Made by a program: the position numbers and the translations under genes | Shown: in pieces, positions 60,098 to 64,000 of the stretch | How positions within the stretch are numbered: the first letter of the stretch is position 1 | How the letters are laid out: each line of letters begins with the position of its first letter | From: a bacterium | GTDB lineage: Bacteria > RUG730 > JBDRED01 > JBHPKP01 | Direction of reading: 5' to 3' | Length of the DNA: 64,000 nt | Assembly: GCA_042566505.1 (NCBI GenBank) | Contig: JBHPKP010000001.1 | Span: 8,483 to 72,482 of the forward strand | Notes under the pieces: model-generated | Databases searched by the model: none | The model's input: the letters and a program-made list of their open reading frames with translations, nothing else | Told to the model about the DNA's origin: nothing

Positions 60098-60349
60098 CTA
60101 TTTGTTATTGTCCTCTTTTGTATGCTCAACGTCAATAATACCTTTTTCAGTATCAGGCGGCATAATAAACCATGCAACAAGATACATAAAGATAAACGGA
60201 AAAAACCCGGTCGTAACAGCGCCAAGCACAAAAATCAAACGAAGCAATGTTGCATTTATTCCATACGTATCTGAAAATCCTGCCAAAACACCAGCAATCA
60301 TTTTCCCTTTTGTTGATCTATAAATTTGTTTCATCATATCCTCCTGCAA
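60098..60349 (-). CDS. PspC-domain membrane protein
   Basis: GKMIAGVLAGFSDTYGINATLLRLIFVL PspC signature plus one TM helix. Size 83 aa. Confidence 0.6.
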   Translation of the reverse strand: MQEDMMKQIYRSTKGKMIAGVLAGFSDTYGINATLLRLIFVLGAVTTGFFPFIFMYLVAWFIMPPDTEKGIIDVEHTKEDNNK

Positions 60350-60351
60350 AG

Positions 60352-60660
60352 TTATATACCTGAAAAGTACTCTTCAAGTTTATTCATTGTTTTAAAAATT
60401 ATTTTGGATTGCTCAATTATTTCAGAATAAATCTCTTTCAATTGTTCTGGTAAATACGCATATGCAATTTTATTTCTTAATAAACGTGCCTGCATCCAAA
60501 ATTCAATATCATCAATAAATTCAAGTTTTTGCATTTTATGTAATCTATCTCTCAAAACATCACTCGCCTCAGAATGCAAATACAATTTTTAATACTTCCT
60601 TACAAAATTCATTCCCATATCTTTAAGCGCAAATTTTAATGCTTCTGTTTCTTGTTTATC
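60352..60660 (-). pseudogene. degenerate HepT/DUF86-like (HEPN) remnant with frameshift
   Basis: The track ORF (TTG start) encodes ...ARLLRNKIAYAY, resembling the HepT RNxxxHxY motif with catalytic His replaced by Tyr. A short upstream ORF (VRLDKQETEALKFALKDMGMNFVRKY) continues the same protein in the -1 frame. No MntA partner present. Confidence 0.3.
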
Positions 60661-60669
60661 TAATCTCAC

Positions 60670-61272
60670 TTAGAACGTTGCCCTTACAAAATTCATACCA
60701 AAAATTGGTCTGTTTTTTTCAGTTGTTTTTACCCAAAAGATTGGTGGTGTATTTGGATTGTATGCATATTTACGAACAACCTTTGGTCCTTCGTAAATAC
60801 CAATAAGGAGACCTGCAACTGCACCGATTATTGAACCCCATGCAGCACCAATCACTATATCCTCACCTTTTTCAGTATCAATCATTTTTATAAGACCAAG
60901 ACATGCTCCTAATGCAGTTCCAAGATATGCACCGGATCTAACATCCTGCAAAATTATTGAGCCCATACCTGTTTCAGGTCTGCTCAAGTCATAAATACCA
61001 ATCCCAAGCCCAACAAATGTACCGATCAACGCGCCATATGCAGGACCTTTTAAAAGTATTTTTTTATCGTCACTTGTTCCGTCTGTGTCTTTATATGCAA
61101 GATATCCACCTGCAAGCCCAAGTATCAATCCTATATTAAAACCTTTTCCTGCATAATTTAGAACAGTAGGATTCTTTTCGATATTGTCATGCCCAATAAA
61201 ACCTCTTGCAAACACATTTGAAAACATGCTCACCACAATCAACACTGTTAAGATCATTCTAATTTTTTTCAT
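60670..61272 (-). CDS. glycine-zipper membrane/secreted protein, unknown function
   Basis: Signal peptide, repeated GxxxG stretches (GLILGLAGG, GALIGTFVGLGIGI, GAAWGSIIGAVAGLLIGI). Confidence 0.45.
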   Translation of the reverse strand: MKKIRMILTVLIVVSMFSNVFARGFIGHDNIEKNPTVLNYAGKGFNIGLILGLAGGYLAYKDTDGTSDDKKILLKGPAYGALIGTFVGLGIGIYDLSRPETGMGSIILQDVRSGAYLGTALGACLGLIKMIDTEKGEDIVIGAAWGSIIGAVAGLLIGIYEGPKVVRKYAYNPNTPPIFWVKTTEKNRPIFGMNFVRATF

Positions 61273-61438
61273 CTTTTTTACTCCTATTTATTTTTTCTAT
61301 TAACTTTTTAATTCTTATTATTTTATTTTTTCTTGCCATGATTTTCAACTAATAAAATCTCACTGAGAAGTAATGATTCTTTTTCAAAGGTAAGATTGAA
61401 TGGACTCCTGCAAAACCACAAGAGCCCATTACAACTAT

Positions 61439-63508
61439 TTACGATAAGATTCCAAGCAATTTATATAACCAAATGTTTATACTTTCAATATTAACTGCGA
61501 ACACAAGCGATACAACTGCCATAAGCTTAAGAAGAATATTTAGTGACGGACCGGATGTATCTTTGAAAGGATCACCGACTGTATCTCCAATAACTGTAGC
61601 TTTGTGAACATCACTGCCTTTACCGCCAAGATTTCCTTCTTCAACATGTTTTTTTGCATTATCCCAAGCACCACCTGCATTTGAAAGAACAAGCGCAAGA
61701 GGTACACCGGTTATAAGTGAACCTGCCAAAAACCCCCCAAGCGCAGTTTTGCCAAGTACAACACCAATCAATACCGGAAACAAGACTGCCATAATACCCG
61801 GCAAAATCATTTCTTTCAATGCACCCTGAGTTGTGATATCAACACAACGCTCTGCATCAGGTTGTGCAGTTCCTTCCATCAGTCCTGTGATTTCTCTAAA
61901 CTGACGACGCACTTCTTCGACTATCTGAAACGCAGCCCTGCCAACAGCTTCCATAGTCATCGCACAGAATATAAATGGAACAGCTCCACCAATAAATGCA
62001 CCTGCAATAACCTTTGCATTAAGCATATTGATCATTTCGATATTTACTGTTTGAGCGTATGCTGTAAAAAGTGCAAGCGCTGTTAATGCAGCTGACCCGA
62101 TTGCAAAACCTTTTCCGATTGCAGCTGTTGTATTACCAACCGCATCAAGCCGTTCTGCACGAGTTCTAGCCTCTTGCCCAAGTCCTGCCATCTCAGCAAG
62201 TCCTGCAGCATTGTCAGCAATTGGTCCATATGCATCAACTGCAACTGTCATTCCTGTTATAGAAAGCATTCCAATAGCTGCAAGCGCTATTCCAAAAACA
62301 CCTGCACAGTAATATGAAATAATTGTAGCAGTTCCAATCACAATAATCGGAATAAGCACACTATGCATACTAGCTGCAAAACCCTGAATTATAAGTGTAG
62401 CAGGTCCTGTTTTTGCGCTTTCTGCAATATTTTTCACAACTTTTCCGGATGTATAATATTCAGCAACAAATCCAACAATCATACCTGCAACAAGTCCACA
62501 CAAAATTGCAATAAAGAAATACATGTTTTTCAACCAAAAAGTACTTAATATAAAAGCACCTATCAAAAGCAATACCGCACTAGATATCATTCCCATACGC
62601 AATGCTTTTTGAGGGTCCGAATTTTCATTTGTTCTTACAAAAAACACTCCAACTATCGAACTGATAATTCCCCAAGCTGAAAGAATCAAAATAAACATTG
62701 CTGCTTTAATTCCATTTGTAGTTGCGCCTGCAGTTGCAAGTATTAATGCAGAAATTATTGCCCCAACATATGATTCGAAAAGGTCAGCGCCCATGCCAGC
62801 AACATCACCCACATTGTCACCAACATTGTCAGCAATAACAGCTGGATTTCGAGGATCGTCTTCCGGTATTCCAGCTTCTACTTTTCCAACGAGATCCGCA
62901 CCAACGTCAGCTGCCTTTGTATATATTCCACCACCTACACGTCCAAATAGCGCAACACTCGAAGCACCCATACTGAATCCAACAATCAATTTAATTGCCT
63001 GAGACATAGTTACTACAACATCTGCATTCTGTTTTAAACCTAATAACACATACATTATTAATAACGAAGTAATTCCCAAAAGCCCCAAACTCACAACACT
63101 GATTCCCATAACAGCTCCACCTGGAAATGCAATTGTTAAAGCACTGTTAAAACTTTTGGATGCTGCTTGCGCTGTACGTGAGTTTGCACGTGTTGCAATG
63201 CTCATACCTATATAACCAGCGAGTGATGAGCAAAATGCACCAAATACAAATGCAATTGCTGTTTTTGGTGAAATGACCAAAAATATTACAATTGCAACAA
63301 TCAAAGCAAAAATACCGATATATCGATATTCTCTGAACAAAAATGCCATTGCACCTTTGTGAATCATACCCGCGATTTGCTTCATTTTGTCATTACCTTG
63401 GTCCTGTTTGAGAATACGAATTGACATGAGCCAAATAACAACAAGTCCCAAAAGCGAAACTCCGAGTGCAAAAATTGGAATCTTAAGTGATGAGAAGATT
63501 TCAGCCAT
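61439..63508 (-). CDS. hppA: membrane-bound proton/sodium-translocating pyrophosphatase
   Basis: 689 aa, 15-16 TM helices, conserved [19 protein letters not shown] and DNVGDNVGD motifs of H+-PPases. Confidence 0.9.
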   Translation of the reverse strand: MAEIFSSLKIPIFALGVSLLGLVVIWLMSIRILKQDQGNDKMKQIAGMIHKGAMAFLFREYRYIGIFALIVAIVIFLVISPKTAIAFVFGAFCSSLAGYIGMSIATRANSRTAQAASKSFNSALTIAFPGGAVMGISVVSLGLLGITSLLIMYVLLGLKQNADVVVTMSQAIKLIVGFSMGASSVALFGRVGGGIYTKAADVGADLVGKVEAGIPEDDPRNPAVIADNVGDNVGDVAGMGADLFESYVGAIISALILATAGATTNGIKAAMFILILSAWGIISSIVGVFFVRTNENSDPQKALRMGMISSAVLLLIGAFILSTFWLKNMYFFIAILCGLVAGMIVGFVAEYYTSGKVVKNIAESAKTGPATLIIQGFAASMHSVLIPIIVIGTATIISYYCAGVFGIALAAIGMLSITGMTVAVDAYGPIADNAAGLAEMAGLGQEARTRAERLDAVGNTTAAIGKGFAIGSAALTALALFTAYAQTVNIEMINMLNAKVIAGAFIGGAVPFIFCAMTMEAVGRAAFQIVEEVRRQFREITGLMEGTAQPDAERCVDITTQGALKEMILPGIMAVLFPVLIGVVLGKTALGGFLAGSLITGVPLALVLSNAGGAWDNAKKHVEEGNLGGKGSDVHKATVIGDTVGDPFKDTSGPSLNILLKLMAVVSLVFAVNIESINIWLYKLLGILS

Positions 63509-63640
63509 AGTTTTTTCCTCCTATTTTTTTAAAAATTCTTCAAAATTTATCAGTAGCTGGTAGATTTGTCAAGTTGATAATTTTTCTATTTAGTTTGCTT
63601 TTTATTAATTTGTTGCAAGAGGAATTTGAAAAAAACATAA

Positions 63641-63728
63641 AAGTAACATTTGTTTAAGTGACGCAGGAACGACTGAAATTCTTCGCATGAAAGAGTTTGT
63701 GTTAGTCACGTCAAGTGTTAACTTGTTT
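63641..63728 (-). repeat. intergenic repeat family copy D (full length, inverted)
   Basis: Reverse complement ACAAGTTAACACTTGACGTGACTAACACAAACTCTTTCATGCGAAGAATTTCAGTCGTTCCTGCGTCACTTAAACAAATGTTACTTT is ~95% identical to copy A. Confidence 0.7.
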
Positions 63729-63828
63729 TAATTGAGTCTTGTTTGGATTATTGAGTCGATAACAATATATAATTCAATACTTATTTATTTTTTGCTGTTA
63801 TATAATCTAACAGCAACTGTTAAATATG

Positions 63829-64000
63829 TCAGAATTGCATTTGAATTTTTCTTAATCTTTTGAAACGATCTGCAACTATTTTCAATAATGTTTCTTTTTC
63901 CAGATTAGAAAGAATCGAGCTATCTATTAAATTTCCTTTCACAACTTTTTTTGGAATTTCTAAATATTCAGCAAATTTTTGAAAATCTCTTCCTGTTATC
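63829..64000 (-). CDS. 3' end of an unidentified CDS (5' part lies beyond the window)
   Basis: Minus strand is open from the window edge to a TGA at 63829: ...ITGRDFQKFAEYLEIPKKVVKGNLIDSSILSNLEKETLLKIVADRFKRLRKIQMQF*. Convergent with hppA. Confidence 0.35.
   Translation of the reverse strand, partial: ITGRDFQKFAEYLEIPKKVVKGNLIDSSILSNLEKETLLKIVADRFKRLRKIQMQF

Noticed and set aside
63670-63715. 14-codon peptide ORF (MKEFVLVTSSVNLF) inside the intergenic repeat, with ATGAAAGAG conserved in all copies
   Set aside because: Downstream codons differ between copies (copy A runs into the tRNA, copy B into antisense of the GGDEF gene). Conservation is better explained at the nucleotide/structure level.

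Overview
AT-rich window from a bacterial chromosome. The gene content (AsmA, HldD, GroESL with CIRCE operators, GH57 branching enzyme, GTP-PEPCK, H+-pyrophosphatase, rubredoxin, superoxide reductase, rubrerythrin and flavodiiron genes) points to an anaerobic diderm. Almost all genes are on the minus strand. Recognisable housekeeping genes: purU, pgeF/yfiH, csp, pgi, recG, groES-groEL, dxs, hisD, pckG, ogg, prfA, smpB plus tmRNA, rpmE, hldD, hppA. There are three tRNAs: Thr-CGT, Lys-CTT and Arg-TCG. The window is unusually rich in c-di-GMP signalling: two tandem 7TM-GAF-HD-GYP phosphodiesterases, a 7TM-GAF-GGDEF-REC cyclase, an Hpt-REC-GGDEF-REC cyclase with its kinase and CheY-like partner, and a PilZ domain fused to an alpha-oxoamine-synthase (serine palmitoyltransferase/BioF-like) enzyme. 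The most novel-looking unit is the PilZ-AOS gene followed 19 bp later by the 7TM-GAF-GGDEF-REC gene, read as a self-contained c-di-GMP producer plus PilZ-enzyme effector module. Other notable content: an oxygen-detoxification island (desulforedoxin, rubredoxin, flavin reductase, Ogg, flavodiiron protein, superoxide reductase, rubrerythrin, ferritin, small ACT-like regulator) bordered by an IS110-family insertion sequence; a HEPN/MNT toxin-antitoxin pair with a palindromic operator; a degenerate HepT-like remnant; a truncated msrB remnant next to an orphan ABC ATPase; duplicated CIRCE operators; and a ~90-bp intergenic repeat family in at least 4 copies, one forming the tRNA-Arg/tRNA-Lys spacer. 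CDS coordinates follow the longest ORF and true starts may lie downstream.
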